Positions 29,951 to 43,913 of a stretch of 64,000 bases of DNA are shown here, piece by piece. A program made the translations under genes and the position numbers. The stretch comes from Azolla caroliniana (Eukaryota; Plantae; Polypodiophyta). Every line of letters begins with the position of its first letter. Within the stretch, counting starts at the first letter, position 1. The notes under the pieces are model-generated. The model was not told where the DNA came from, did no database searches, and was given only the letters and a program-made list of their open reading frames with translations. The stretch spans positions 15,748,001 through 15,812,000 of the forward strand of contig JBHGNT010000007.1 of the NCBI GenBank assembly GCA_043228905.1, given 5' to 3'.

Positions 29951-32900
29951 GCTATGGCGGGGCAGAGCAGAAAACCTTTTAGCACGGATACGCTTTTGTC
30001 TCTATGGTGAAACAGACGTTGCAGAAATAGGTTTTAAGGAAATAACGCGTTGCATGATGCTTAGGGAATAGAAAAGATACTATTAATGAAAAAGTTAGGA
30101 ATAGCAATAATGAGTGTTAGTTGCATGTCTCCACTAGTCCTTTACTTATAGTATGTCTAAGTCTTTTCCAAGATTTTCTTTTTGATAGTTAGTTGTTTTG
30201 GCCAAGATGATCCATAGTTAGTTTTTTTTTTTGTGTGTGTGTGACGTATGCCACATCACTTTGCATCAGTTTCGAGTTTAAATAGGTTTTCCGACATTGG
30301 CCCGTGATACGGTTTAAGCCGGAAACCATTTACCCATTTTGGTAAAATGTTGCTTGATAATATACCAACTTGATACGTCCCATTCTTGCTGTTCACAATC
30401 CAAACTGGTCTTGTCCATCGAAATCATAATTTTCCCGGCATTACCCCCATCTTAGTTTGGAATATTAGTACCGGTTTGCCAATTTCGAAGCGTACTTCAT
30501 TCTGACGTCTGTGACGATTTACAAATGCCTTTGTTTGTCTTTGCTTGTGTTCCAAAGTTGACATGGCCTATATTCTTTCTTCCTCTAACAACAATAAGGC
30601 TTCTTTCCGAATTTGTTCCGACTACAGTTCATTTAATTTTTCAGTTGCTTGTATTCGGAGTGTCGGAATCTGAAATTCTACTGGCATTACGAGCCATTCA
30701 GAAAGGAGTTGATTTAATTGATGTTTAATAAGATGTCTGATATGCCCATAAAGCACTCTGAAGCTTTTGATCCCAATCTGTACGATTTTCATTCACTATC
30801 TTTTTGAGTATTGTCTGCAGTGTTTTATTTATTGATTATGCTAATCCATTTGCTTGTGGATAGTAAGGAGTGCTCTTTTTATGAACCACTGCGTAATATG
30901 TGGATAGCTCATGTACAATTTTATTAATAAAATGTGTACCTTGATCGCTTACTAATTTTATCAGACACCCAAATCGACACCATATATTTTTGTACAAAAT
31001 TTTTGTTGTTGATGCTGCCGTATTGTCCCTGAGAGGTTTAGCTTCTACCCACTTTGTATAGTAATCTGTGGCGACTATGATGTAACGATTACCTGTGTGT
31101 ATGGCTGCTGGTTTAAATGGACCGACAAAATCCAATCCCCATTTTTGAAATGGCCCCAAAGGCAAAATAGGTTGGAAAGGCATTCTGTCCTTTTCTGTGG
31201 GTTGCCCCAGTCTTTGACATAAATCACATTTTCAACAATAGTCCACTGCATCCTTCATTACTGTCGGCCACTATAAGCCACTGTTCCATATTTTTCGAGC
31301 TGTAGTTTCTCCGGCATAATGACCACCTGTAATACCACAATGAGATTCTCGCAGAATTATCGATTTCTCAAATTGTCGTACTGTCCTTCTCCAAATTCCG
31401 TTTGCACCTTTATGATAGAGAGTATCGTTCAAAAAACAAAAATTCCGACTACGAACGGCTAACCTTTTCCTTTCATCCGTCGATAGATTCTTGGGTGGTA
31501 GCCCTGTTGTAAGAAAGATTGTCATCTCCGAGATCCAAGCATCCTTGCTTTCCTCATTTATTTCTTGTACCCATACTGCTTCCACTCGAAAGAGTTGTCT
31601 ATCTGGAAAATCATCTAGCACACCTATGCCTTCTTCTCCCGACTCTAGTTAGCTAAGATAATCAGCAATCACATGCTGTACTCCTGACTGATGTAAAATG
31701 TCAAACTCGAATTCTTGCAGTAGTAATGTCCATCGTGCTAGCTTACCAGTTAATTCTTGTTTAGAGACCAAATAGAGAAGAGCAGAATGATCGACATGGA
31801 ATGTAAATTTCTTGCCCAAAAGGTAGTGGCGAAATTTATTGATACTATAAATAATTCGTAACGCTTCCCTCTCGGTTGTTGAATAATTTCTTTCCGTTTT
31901 CGAGAGTTTCCGACTAGCGTAATACACTGGTCTATACCAGTTTGGTTCAGATAACAGTATAAGTGCACCGCTGATTGCTATATCAGATGCATCAACGAAC
32001 ACATGGAAGGGTTTATTCCAGTCAGGTGGTTGAACCACCGGAACTTTAGATAGGATTTTCTTGAGGCACTTGTACGCGTCCTGTTCCACACTTGTCCATT
32101 GAAAAGGAACTTTATGCATTGTTGTGTGTAGAGGAATGGAAACATCCGCAAGATATCTAATCATCCTGCTATGCCATCTTATTTGCCCCAAGAACCAACT
32201 AAGGCCCTTAACATTTGTAGGTGCTGGTGCTTCTAATATGGTCTTGACCTTGTCTGGGTCAATTGCAATTCCTTCTTGGCCGACAATATGGCCTAACAGT
32301 GCCCCACTAGTAACTCCGAACGTGCATTTTGCCAGATTCAAGATGAGCCGACCTTTCCGACATTGCTCCAAACATACTCGTAAATGTTCGAAATGTTCTG
32401 CTTTCTGACTATACACGGCGAAATCCTCCAGGAAAACTTGCATAAATGCAGGAATGTATTACGCAAAGATTTCCTGTATAACCCTTTGAAATGTGGCCGG
32501 AGCTGTTTTTAATCCGAACATCATTACTACTACCACAAATACTCCCCATTCTGTAACGAAGGCTGTCTTTTCTTGATCCTCTGGATGCATCCTTACCTGA
32601 TTATATCCACTAAATCCATCCAGGAAACTATACATTTCATGACCAGCGACTGCATCCAATATCCCATCCGTAAACGGTAATGGAAATGTGTCCGTTACTG
32701 TTGCTGCATTTAGTTTCCGGTAGTCGACGCATACTCGAAATTTTCCATTCTTTTTCGGAACAACTACAATCGGACTTAGCAATGTAGCTTTTTTTACCGG
32801 TCGAATAAACCCTACCTTCAGGAGTTTATCTATTTCCTCTTTAACTTTAATTGCATAATTAGGATTTAAACGATACCTACGTTGTTGAACTGGTTTCGCA

Positions 32901-34114
32901 TCTTTATGCAAGTTAATTTGGTGTTGGCAGAAAGCTGGATCTAGCCCTTTCATGTCTTCAAAAGACCAAGCAAAAACATCCTTATATTGCTTTAGTAACC
33001 CAAGTAATCTTTGTTTATTCGCCACTCTCATATCTTTAGCCACTAACACTGTTTTTGGTTCAAACCCCTTATCATCTTCTACCAAATTTACTTCCTCCAA
33101 TGCCGAAGCCAGAACCCGTTGAGATGCCTTCATTTCTCTTTCGGTAGCTTCCTGCTACATTCGGATTTCTTTCATTGGTTGCTCATCTAATGGTAATTCC
33201 TCTTGTGAATTCATGTACGGTGTTAGGGCTTGTAATATGTCTACTTCGAACAAAGGGATAATTTTTGGGTTATCATTAAAATAATGATTCTCTTCGACCT
33301 CATCTAGTCCTTCCATCATATTTACAACCTCCACATGAATTGGCAAACATAGTTTGCTCGTCGTAATCTTATTCTGAGTAGACACCTGGATTTTCGTCTT
33401 GCCTTTCCGGAATGTTAATAAATTCTAATTCCAATTTTGCTTAATATTAGCAGTTTTTAACCATTGTCGACCTAATAGCAAAGGATATGCCCGAGGAGCT
33501 TCCAAATGAAGCACCACTGTTGATATTTGAAAAGTGTGACCTCCTAATACGACATCCAATTGCCGCAGTAACCTGATTGGTTGTACTGTACTAGTATCAA
33601 CCATCCTTAGCGAAAATGGACATGCTTCCCATTTGGTGATGCCAAACCTATCACAAGTAGTTCTATTAATTATATTCACGCCCGAGCCACCATCGACAAT
33701 AGCACCATCTATTTCTTGCCCATGGATTATTACCTTAATAGAAGGATTTTGCTCATCCATAATTGAAGGATTATTACTTGGCTGATTATAGTGAACGTCT
33801 ACCTGTTCCGTCCCTTTTTGGGCAATTAACGTCGCCACTTTCTCTGTGAACCTAGAAACTAATTTGAGTAATCCCATCAAAGGTAATGATACCTAGTAAT
33901 CCGCCAAAATTTTCCAAGTTTCTTCTTGTTCTGGTACAACCATAACTCCGGGCAATTCATTAGCGTGATTGATCTCATTATCTTGGAGCATTCGGGACAC
34001 ATTGTTTTTATTTGCTTCTTCTACCCATTCCTTGGTTGGTTTCCGAATAGCTTCTTGAATTTCCCACTCTGGTTGTTTGCTTTTACTTCTGGTGGTCACT
34101 TGCTGAATTTCCGG

Positions 34115-35452
34115 TGTCGTGTGAATCTTCACACACTATGTAAAAAAATAATGTAATAATTATTATAGATTAGATTAGTAGCTTACTATAGAAAGATGGA
34201 TATACTCAAGAGCTTCAAAATGTATTTTACTATATACAAAATGGAGAAATACATATCAAGTTATGAAAAAATGAAGTTTGATTAGATAGAGAAATTAGAA
34301 CTATCCCATATAGATAGGAAAGTTAAGGCCCTGGCTATATAAACACCTTGAGCTCCCTCATTTTTCATTTGTGCTAAGAGCACTTTGGCCACTTTGTCTT
34401 GATGGATGATGGTGGCCAAATTCCCTAAAACCGGAAACCGGCCGGTAAGCAAATCCGGAAAACGGGTCCGGTAAGCAAATCCGGAAACGGGTTGGTAAGC
34501 AAATCCGGAAACGGGCCGGTATGCAATCCGGAAACGGGCCGGTATGCAAAACCGGAACCGGAACGGGTATGCAAACCGGCTGGTAAGCAAAACCGGAAAC
34601 GGGCCGATAAGCAAAACCGGAACCGGCCGGCAAGCAAACCGGAACCGGAACGGGTATGCAAACCGGAAACCGGCCGGCAAGCAAAACCGGAAACCGCCCG
34701 GTAAGCAAAACCGGAACCGGCCGGCAAGCAAAATCGGAACCGGAACCGACCGGCAAGCAAAATGGAACCGGCTACCGGACGATGTTGGACGCGGACGGAT
34801 GAAAGATTGGATCATGCAACAAACTAAAGTAAAGTGAAGAGAACTAAATTAAAGGCCATGTGGACGCAAGCAACTAAAGAAGGGAGTGCATGGAAAAAGT
34901 AAAGGTCATGTGGACAGTCACATGCAACCAAAAGAAAAAGCTAGGCAACTAAAAGTAGAGGCCATGCAACAAAAAGTGAAAAGGCTATGATCAAGAGAGA
35001 ACTCCATATTTATTCCTTTTTTTTTTTTCGACACGAGGACTCTCCATATTATCTAAATTTTTTTTTCTTTTGTTGGGGAGAGCTCTCTTATCTTATCGAA
35101 GCGAAGAACCCTAATCTTCCCTACGGAAGCTAGCTCTCAAGTAAACCATAATCTCCATACGGAAACAATCTCTCAAAATCCAAAATTCCTTGTCAAAGCC
35201 ATATCACTCAAGAATCATAATCTCTTATTTCTTCTAATCTATTATTCTAATCATCTCCATAAGATAAAACTTTTGTAATCCCAATCTTGGGATTGATTGT
35301 AATCTTTCTTTCCCTTTTATTAATGAAAATTTGTTAATCTTTCTCATTTCGGTTAATTCTTAGTATATAAATACACGAATTTGATATCCTCTAGACAAAG
35401 GCCCCGGGGTCTTGCCTCAACGTTCACGTATCCTCGTCGTATTTTCGCGACA
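34115..35452. mobile_element. Solo LTR (1338 bp, TGTCG..CGACA) with 4-bp TSD CCGG, inside E3 gag
   Basis: CCGG on both sides; excision restores PAVHMVMPEIQQVTTRSK (E1: PAVNMVTAEVQQVTTRSK). Confidence 0.88.
34426..34780. repeat. Minisatellite of ~21-28-nt units (GCAAAACCGGAAACCGGCCGGTAA-like) in the solo LTR
   Basis: More than a dozen degenerate CCGG-rich units. Confidence 0.9.
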
Positions 35453-38400
35453 CCGGCATGACCATGTGCACAGCCGGTGTTTTTCCTTTTTCTTTAGATG
35501 GACATTGATTTGCATAATGTCCCTCCTATCGGCAAATATAGCAGGTAGGAACAAATGTTCCACTCCCTTCGCCTTGCGCAAACTGATGATTTCCATCTTC
35601 ATTAGAATTTGGGGGTTGTTGAAATTGTCGTGACACTTTTTGCTTATAGAATTTTTTATTCTTATAACGATTTTGTTTAAACCGACCTCCATTGTGTTGT
35701 TGATAGTTGTTATCTTGTGTCGCCGAAAAATCTTGATTTTGTTGATAATTATTTTGTCGAGCGGTTTCTTGGTACCCATTATTGAATATATGTCGGTTAT
35801 TATGGTACCCATTTTCCCGAGAAATTTGCCATACCGGTGTCGTTTTGTTAAGAAGATTATATTCACATTGCTCGACCGAATGAAGTTTAGAATGACATAT
35901 TGTGCAATGTGTTCGTAAACTACATTCTATTGCCGAATGCCCGGTATTCAAACAAGTCGGACATTGAACTGCTTGCCGAAACTGCAACTCCTCCCGAGTT
36001 GGCAACGTATGATGTAATGCCGACATATCCATACTCCTTACATTTTTCGGATTCCGGCCCATAGCAATTGCCTTATCAATCACTTGCTCGATCATCTAAT
36101 TCCGGAAATTGAACACTCCTAATGTTGTTCGTAATGGTTCACGAATTGCTTCAAGGAATACATCCTTCAATTTGTTGTCTGGAATAGGCTTGGAAATCTG
36201 GAGTTGTAAATTCTAAAAACGGATGACAAATTGAGATACCATTTCATGCGGCTCCTGATACAACGCATAAAAGTGCGCTATCAGATCCTTTTAAGGAATC
36301 TTACGATGAAATAATTGCAGAAATTTGGTGTTTAATTGTTCAAATGTTTCGAATGCATGGAAACCATTTTGCGCAAACCAATTAGCGGATTGACCATCTA
36401 ATGACAAAACAAACTCAGCAATTTTAGATTTATCTTCGGCTACTGCTGATAGTCTCTGAGCTCCATGGTTAATTTCCCATGTTGTCAAGAAATCCCTAAC
36501 GTGCGCTTCTGCATCAACACCTTCCTGAAATTTAGAATACGGGTAAGGCATATTTTCTTCACTCCAGATATCGTAAAATGATATCTCCTCCTCCCGATTT
36601 TCGTCCGACTAACTATCATTAAATCGGGGAGCGCAAACCACTTTCTACTTGTTTCTAGCTGTAACTCTGCAGCCGAATCTTTTTCTAGTGTCTTCGTAAT
36701 TGAATGTGTACGAGGACGTTTACAACTGACTGGTGTATCTGGACCAGACAAAATCCATTCGATTTGTTCTTTGTTAGCTGCAAATGTAATTGGGCGTGCC
36801 AAAATTATACTGTGTTGTTCGGTCGACAATAACTATTGCCGACACAGTATATGTCGAACGTGCTCACTGAACGTTCTACCAATGAATTGTGGTTTAGACG
36901 AATAAATACTCAAATGGATGTAAACTTATCGATGTTAAGCAGGCATCGAGATTGCTATTTACGTAATAAGTTATGATAGAAAGGAAATAGATTGACTGAG
37001 CGTTTCGTACACATAGATTTCCTAAACTTACTTTATATTACTAAATAAAACGATGTTTCTTTATACTGCCTTCAGTTCCTTTTATAGGCAACCAGAAGGA
37101 CTTCCTCATCAAGAAAACATATTGCCAAATAGGCAAGAACTACAAAATCTCTAACTAACTATAATTTCGGTTTTTGATTTACTGCAGCAAATGCTGACTC
37201 ATGGATCCTCTATACTGATCCGACTCTGACTCTGAACCTTCTACATTTCTGACTTCGACACTTCTCCACTTGTCGGGGTAACATTCTTGTTGCTTGTTGT
37301 ACACATCTACTCACACATCCTGACGCTTCCGCGCCACTGTTCGCATACTTCACCACAAGTGGTTTTAGAGAGACTTGCTGTTTAGCGGCAACGAAAAACA
37401 GAAAAGCAAAGAGGAGAAGTCATCTAGTTGAGAGAGAAAGACCATGTTAGTAAATCTCACTTCCAGAAAGAATATGGCTTCAACATCTGGTATAGGACTT
37501 GAGATTCGAAAGTTCGACGGCAAAAACTTTGCCTTATGGAAGGAGATGATGTAGGATGTGTTGATCATTCGAAGACAGGTCGAAGCCATCCGGCACAACG
37601 AAAAGCCTGCTTCAATGTCAGCCGAAGAGTGGAGATCAATACACGAAATCGCTCGCTCTACCATTCGGATGCACCTAGCCGAAAACGTCTATTTTAGTAT
37701 GGCAAAGGAGACAATAACATTCTCTTCGTGGCAAAAGCTACAAGCTGTGTATGAGAAGAAGTCCTCGTCATTGGGGCAACAGTCAGCCAAGTCCTCATCA
37801 TTGTGGCAACAGTCAGCCAAGTCCTCACAGAGGACATTTGGCAAAAATCGATGGGATTTACCATTGACAAGTTAGCAAAAGCCCACCACTCGACCGAGTC
37901 AATCAACCCACTCAATTGATTGAGAGAACAAGCCAACAGAACCGGTCTGAATAAAAATCGGTCAAGAACGAGGGGAGACCGATAGCGGTTGAAGTCGAGA
38001 AATAGTCGACCAAGTGAATTCTGCACTCACTACAGAAAAGCCGGTCACAACATTTTTGATTGCTGGTCGATCAAGAGAAAAGAGAGTGGTGGGCGATCCG
38101 AGCAGAACACAGGACGATCTGACACAATCCGTTCTCCAATCGGCAACCAAATCAATGTTGCAACCAAATCAATGTTGCCGACTCCTGATCAGGAGAAATC
38201 CTCTCTCTAGAGGACTTGGTGATCGGGGAAGTCCTATACAGTGCACAAGATGCACAAACGTGGCTACTGGACTTCGTTGCCACATTTCATGTGACCCCGA
38301 ATATCCAATGGTTTTCGAACTATTCAGCCGGCGCTAGCGGCATAGTCCGACTAGGCAACGGGGAGGAATGCAAAATCGCCGGAGTCAGTGACATACCAAT

Positions 38401-39904
38401 TCAATCGTCGAATGGGAACATGATAGTCCTGCACCAAGTCCGGAACTTACTCACACTAAAAAGGAGTCTGGTCTCCATCGACATGTTAGCCGAAGACAGG
38501 GTACCAAACAACTCTAAATGAGTCGACATGGATGATCAACCGAGGAAACCCGAAAATTGGAAGTGGACGCAAGTACAACTTGTATCCAATTATGGCAATC
38601 AATCAAGAAGGGACGTGAACATAGCAGAATTGACCGACCCGAACTTATGACATGGCCGACTCGGTCATATGTCGCAAGCCGAACTTGTTTGGCTAATGAA
38701 GGTCAACTACATTCCAAAACTCCAGAAAAAAATGAACTTCTGTGAGCATTGTTGTTACGGGAAACAAACCCAAAGTCTGCATTCTCTTCATTATGAGACG
38801 ATACGACAATCCCTAGAATTGATCCAGACATATGTGGGCCGATGCCCAAAAGATCACTAGGAGGCACCCGGTAGTTCATCACCTTTGTAGATGACTGTAC
38901 ACGAAAGGTGTTTGGGCCTACTCAATCAGGTCCAAAGATGAAGTGCTCGAGGTCTTCACTCGGTGGACAGCTGAAGTGGAGAACTGATTAGGATACAGAG
39001 TGAAATCACTCCGATCCAACAACAAAGGAGAATACACTACTTGAGCCTTCAAACAGTACATGTCCGACAAAGGGATTCGGCACCAAAAGACCATTCCATA
39101 CACACTCATGCAAAATGGAGTGGTAGAATGAACCAGCTGGACGATCTAGGAGAGGGTGACAACAATGCTCCAGCAAGCTGGAGTTCTAGGCCGAAGCATT
39201 GCAAACGGTAGTTTACTTGATAAATTTATCTCCATTGAAAGCAATTAGGCTTGAAGTGCCATAGGCACTATGGTTCGGCGAACAATCGACCTATGACAAA
39301 CTTCGTATATTTGGATGCGAAGCCTATGCATTCATCCCTATGGAAAAAAGGACCAAGTTGGCGCCCCATGCAACAAAGTGCATATTTCTCTATTATGGAA
39401 ACGATAGGGAATTCGACTATCGACTATGGGACCTAGAGAATCGTACATTAATTCCAGAGCAGTGACGTAGTCTTCAATGAAGACTCTATTGTCTCTGAGC
39501 AGAACCATCAGAAAATAGTGGGCAAAATGGTCTCTTTCGAAATCAACTGAGATGCCGTAGAAAGACCGACTCACAGGGCCGAATCGGAGATTCGACAAAC
39601 TATCGAAATTGACCGAGCCGATACCACCCCAACTGACTCCAAATTGGTAAGAGGTCCTCTAATCGAAGTGGATTCGACTAAAAGATTGACAAGAGCTAAA
39701 TCAACTAGAGTCGGAAAAGGCAAAGCTGACAGGGTGCAAGTTGAAAACGATAGAGTCGACAGAGATAGAGTTGATTTGACTACCACACCCAACATGACTA
39801 AGGGGCTGAAAAGTCAACTACAGTCGGCCAAGTCCTCCGCCACCTTGTCAATTAATCCCGAAGAAGGGTAGGATGACGTAACATCGTCGAAATCCTATTA
39901 TAGG

Positions 39905-40362
39905 TGTTAGAGCTTGATCCTAATGTAAGCATATGGTAAGGCTAATATTGATAGAAAAATAAGAGAGGAGAGAGAAAGAAGCATGTCGATCCACCCGACC
40001 ACCCCCGAGCGAAGGGGTCGAGAAAGACTCGAGCCTCGATTAGCGTCCCATACCACTGCCGTGGTGTCGAGTCGTACCTGGCACTGGCATGCTCACTACA
40101 AGAGTTGGATCCACCACAAGGATAGAGTCTCGATGTAGTCAAGAGATGTCAAATGAGGGTAGCTAGGCTTCATATTTATAGCCAGACATAAGGCCCCCAG
40201 GCAAGTTTACACTTGGCCTTAATGGGTTGTCTCAATCCCAAAGATTAAAAGTAACCATTCCCTTCTTTACACTCTCATTTAACCCTCACACTTTATCCAC
40301 GTGTATAGAATACTACAGTAAAACTTACCATTGGATATTATATGGTCATGCCCGTAGCAACA
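39905..40362 (-). mobile_element. Probable solo LTR related to the G4 chromovirus LTR, inside Copia C3
   Basis: TGTT..AACA ends; minus strand shares TATAAATATG..TAGCTACCCTCAT and CGGGGGTGGTCGGGTGGA with 54734-55206; no clear TSD, so the ends are uncertain. Confidence 0.6.
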
Positions 40363-43300
40363 GGGGCGAGTCATCCAACAAGACTCCTGACATAAGTGGT
40401 TCAACAAATACCGATCGATCGACAGAGCTGATCAAAGGATCCTAACCGATCAATTAAGCACCCAGGAGATTTGAACGAGTTTGAAGGCTGACAGAGTTCT
40501 ACCAACCGGGCCTGGACTACGTCAACTATACTGATGTAGGTGAACCAAGCACATACGAAGAAGCTACAACCGCATCAGATGCCGACTCATGGCTACAAGC
40601 CATGAAATCCGAGATGGACTCTATTCATGAGAATGAGACATGGGAGTTGGTCGCATTACTGGTTGGAAGGAAGCCGCTATCTTGCAAATGGGTCTTCAGA
40701 TACAAATATGTATCTGATTCGGAGAAGCCCAAATACAAAGCTCGGCTCGTCGCCAAGGGACTGAAACAAGAGCATAGGGCCGACTATGATGAGATATTCT
40801 CTCCAGTAGTCAAGATGACCACCCTTCGGCTCCTACTTGGGGTCGTGGCAACAGAAGACCTATAGCTTGAGCAACTGGACGTCAAGACAACATTCCTACA
40901 TAGAGATTTGGAAGAAAACATCTACATGTCTAAACCGGCAGGCTTCATGGCGACGGGGGAGGAAGGTAACCTCGTATGTCGACTGAAGAAAATCTTTTAC
41001 GGCTAAAAACAAGCGTTGAGGATGTGGTACCAAAAGTTTGACTCCTACATTTGACAGCTTGGCTACAATCGGTTCGATTCCGACCCATGCCTATATACTC
41101 GGCAACTAACCAACGAGTCCTGGATCTATCTGATCCTATATGTCAACGACATGCTGATTGCAGGGAGCAATCAATCCGAAATCGAAAAGTTAAAGCGGAG
41201 CCTTCACAACAAGTTCGCGATGAAGGAACTTGGACAAGCCCGACACATACTGGGCATGAGGATCGAGTGAAATCAGAAGACAAAGTCTCTTTGACTCTCT
41301 CAATCCGACTACATCTAAAAGTTGTTGAGGCACTTCAGCATGGAGAACGCGAAGCCAACACCAACACTGTTTCCGATGTCGGTCCGACTATCGGACATAG
41401 ACTCTCCTTCGAAGGATAAGGGGAGAGAACTAAATGGAAATATACCCTATGCATTGGCCGTAGGAAGTATCATGCACTTGATAATGGCGACTCGACCCTT
41501 GCATATGCAGTAGGGGTCGTCAGCCGATACATGCCAAACCCAGGACGGAAGCATTGGGAAGCCGTCAAGGACATCTTCAAGCACCTAAGAGGGACCGAAG
41601 ATGCACAACAAACTTTTGGATCGACAAACCGAAGATAATCGGAAGTTGAGATCATGCTACATCTTCACCTATGGTGGCGGTGCCATATCATGGAGGTCGA
41701 AGCTTCAAGAGTGCACGTCTCTATCTACCACAGAAGCCGATTACATAGCAACATCGGAGGCAGCAAAGGAAGCAATCCGTCAACACCAACTGACAAGCCG
41801 AATCAATCGACCAACGCCGACCATCAACTGCGACTCACAGAGCACAATACACCTCATCAAAAATCCTCTCTATCATGCGAAAACAAAGCATATATGAGGT
41901 GCAGTATCATCACATCTGGGAGCTCGTAATAGAGAAGAAACCCGAAGTCTGGAAGATCGACATCGAGGTGAACATCGTTGTTTGCCTAATGAAGCCACTC
42001 TCAGAACATCGCTTCGGAGCACTAAGGACAAAGATGGGACTACGACAAGTGACCGAGCAGAAGAGCGCCAAGCATGGAGCAGAAGGTAAGTCGAAGACCG
42101 GCCTAATCAGACAAGCTGATGAGGCAATTTCAAAAGAATCGAAATACCGAGAGGCTAAAGAAGCAACATTGAGCAATGACATCGACTCGAGAAGGATTGA
42201 TCAAAGGATGAACGAGTTCGAAGAGAGATCGAGGATCCAACAAGGAGCACAGAAATAAGCGCGAGTGGGAGACAGGAGAACATGACGAATCAGACACAGT
42301 TCGACTCGGACCAGTCCATCCGACCGACTCAAGCAAGCCTATCTAAACGTCTAGACAAAATCAGGCTAAATGCCGACTTTATCCCTATTGACTCGGCTTT
42401 ATGCCGACTGACTTATAACCATAACTTTAGATTAAATTGCAATCTAGGTTTATGGAGGAGATAACCCCATACAATTGTATATAGAAAGAGTTGTCCTTTT
42501 ATAGGGCAGTTTGTTGGCATAAAAGGCCAACTCCATCCACTTTATAACCGTAGTGTGAACATGTCCTCAAGTTAGGGCTTTAGTATATAATCTCAACCCT
42601 AACATTGTAATAATAATCTTCTTGAATCTCTGAGTGTAGAGTTACAAAGAGAAAAACAAAATAAGAACTTCCATTGAAGCTCCAAATCTTGGTTGATCTA
42701 CTGTTTCCTCTCTTGTTGCATATTCTTATTGCATATTCTTGTTACTTGCTCTACACATTAGATACTCGTAGGTCTTGACTCTTCCACACCTTTGGTCGCA
42801 TACTTGACCACATTGAGGAGCATAAGGTGGGAGAATAATTGAAAGCATAAAAACATCAAATAGATTATGGAGAATTCTGGCAAACGAATGAAGTTAGAAT
42901 TTGAGCATGTATGATTTTGAAGTTTGGGTGAAAAGAGAAACTTGAATGTCAAAACAATTAGACTTGAGGTTGGTGCAAATGTAGCACTTGTAGGGGGTCA
43001 AGTCGGTGGAAACAAGCGTCGATCACACTCTCAAGTGTACTTAACCCACGAATTGATCAAGTAATTAATGTGGTTGATGAGTTTTTTCACCTCGCCTAAT
43101 TGAGTGGTATCTGGATATTTGTTATTAGTTTTAAGGTTCTATTGTATGATTTCCTCTTCTATAATCACATTGAACACGCTTTTAGTATTGTGCATTGTCT
43201 ATTTTATTTGCAAATGTTAAAGAGTTCCAATTGTTGACATCAACAATGAAAGCTCATGTTTTTAACCATTACAATGAAGGAAGAACGAGCTTAGAAGGCT

Positions 43301-43913
43301 GAAACGACACATAAGAGCAAAGAAGCAAGCATAACACATCTATTATTGGAACAAGTAATTTTCTAAGTCTTTTATTGTACAAGGTATAAACTAAATCCAT
43401 GCACATTGAGCCATAGCATGTACTGTTTTGTTGATGCTGCTTCGTTGTAGACATATAACATTTTAGTGTTGTACATTGAGAGATTTGTGGGTGTTTGGAT
43501 TAAACTTTATGTGCTTGAACAGGTAATTTTAGATACTAACACATCTAGTATTGGAACAAGTAATTTTCCTTATTAAAATCAAGATCTTAACTTTATTGTT
43601 GACCAAGATATAAATTACAAGAAATGAGGTCTGGAGTATATTTTCTGGCTATGGTGTGAAGGAGTATGATAAAAGAAAACTTTCCATGCTATCATCTTTT
43701 GCGCAAACTCATGGAAATTCCTTGAAGAGAAATCAACTCCTGCACCCAATGATATGTATAATGGGTAAGAAATATGTGATCGATCATGTGTATGGTTCAT
43801 TCGGATCCTTGTATAGGTCATTCCAACACATGTATAGATCATGGTGTGTGATTCATTATTCTCGTTGGCGTAAAACATAGGAGACTGTATGTGCACAACA
43901 GGAGCCTAAATGA

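Larger units (their letters stand above)
30290..36760 (-). pseudogene. E3 gag-pol (stops, frameshifts, one solo-LTR insertion)
   Basis: ORF fragments 36291-36551, 35526-36095, 33425-33880, 32459-33133, 31649-32443, 31271-31621 and 30836-31183 match E1 domains in order. Confidence 0.93.
26857..37283 (-). mobile_element. E3: decayed full-length relative of E1 (gag-pol + ORF2)
   Basis: LTRs 26857-27362 and 36813-37283; TSD TTCTT; ORF fragments collinear with E1 (MPYPYSKF, IVDGGSGVNII, FLDGFSGYNQ, KWGLDFVGPF); PBS TGGCACGCCCA 36791-36801. Confidence 0.95.
26643..42812 (+). mobile_element. Copia C3, full length but decayed; 5' LTR split by E3
   Basis: LTR 26643-26856 + 37284-37357 versus 42512-42812; TSD TTGAG; degenerate Met PBS; gag (KFDGKNFALWK), protease (WLLDFVATFH), integrase, RT (AMKSEMDSIHENETWELV), RNase H (LSTTEADYIA), many stops. 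Confidence 0.9.

Noticed and set aside
34426-34780. CRISPR-like array or real ORFs (34282-34837)
   Set aside because: Degenerate minisatellite with no unique spacers, inside a solo LTR; the ORFs are repeat artefacts.
43330-43620. Short direct repeat downstream of FRO (AACACATCTA.TATTGGAACAAGTAATTTTC x2)
   Set aside because: Two copies of a small local duplication; no sign of function.
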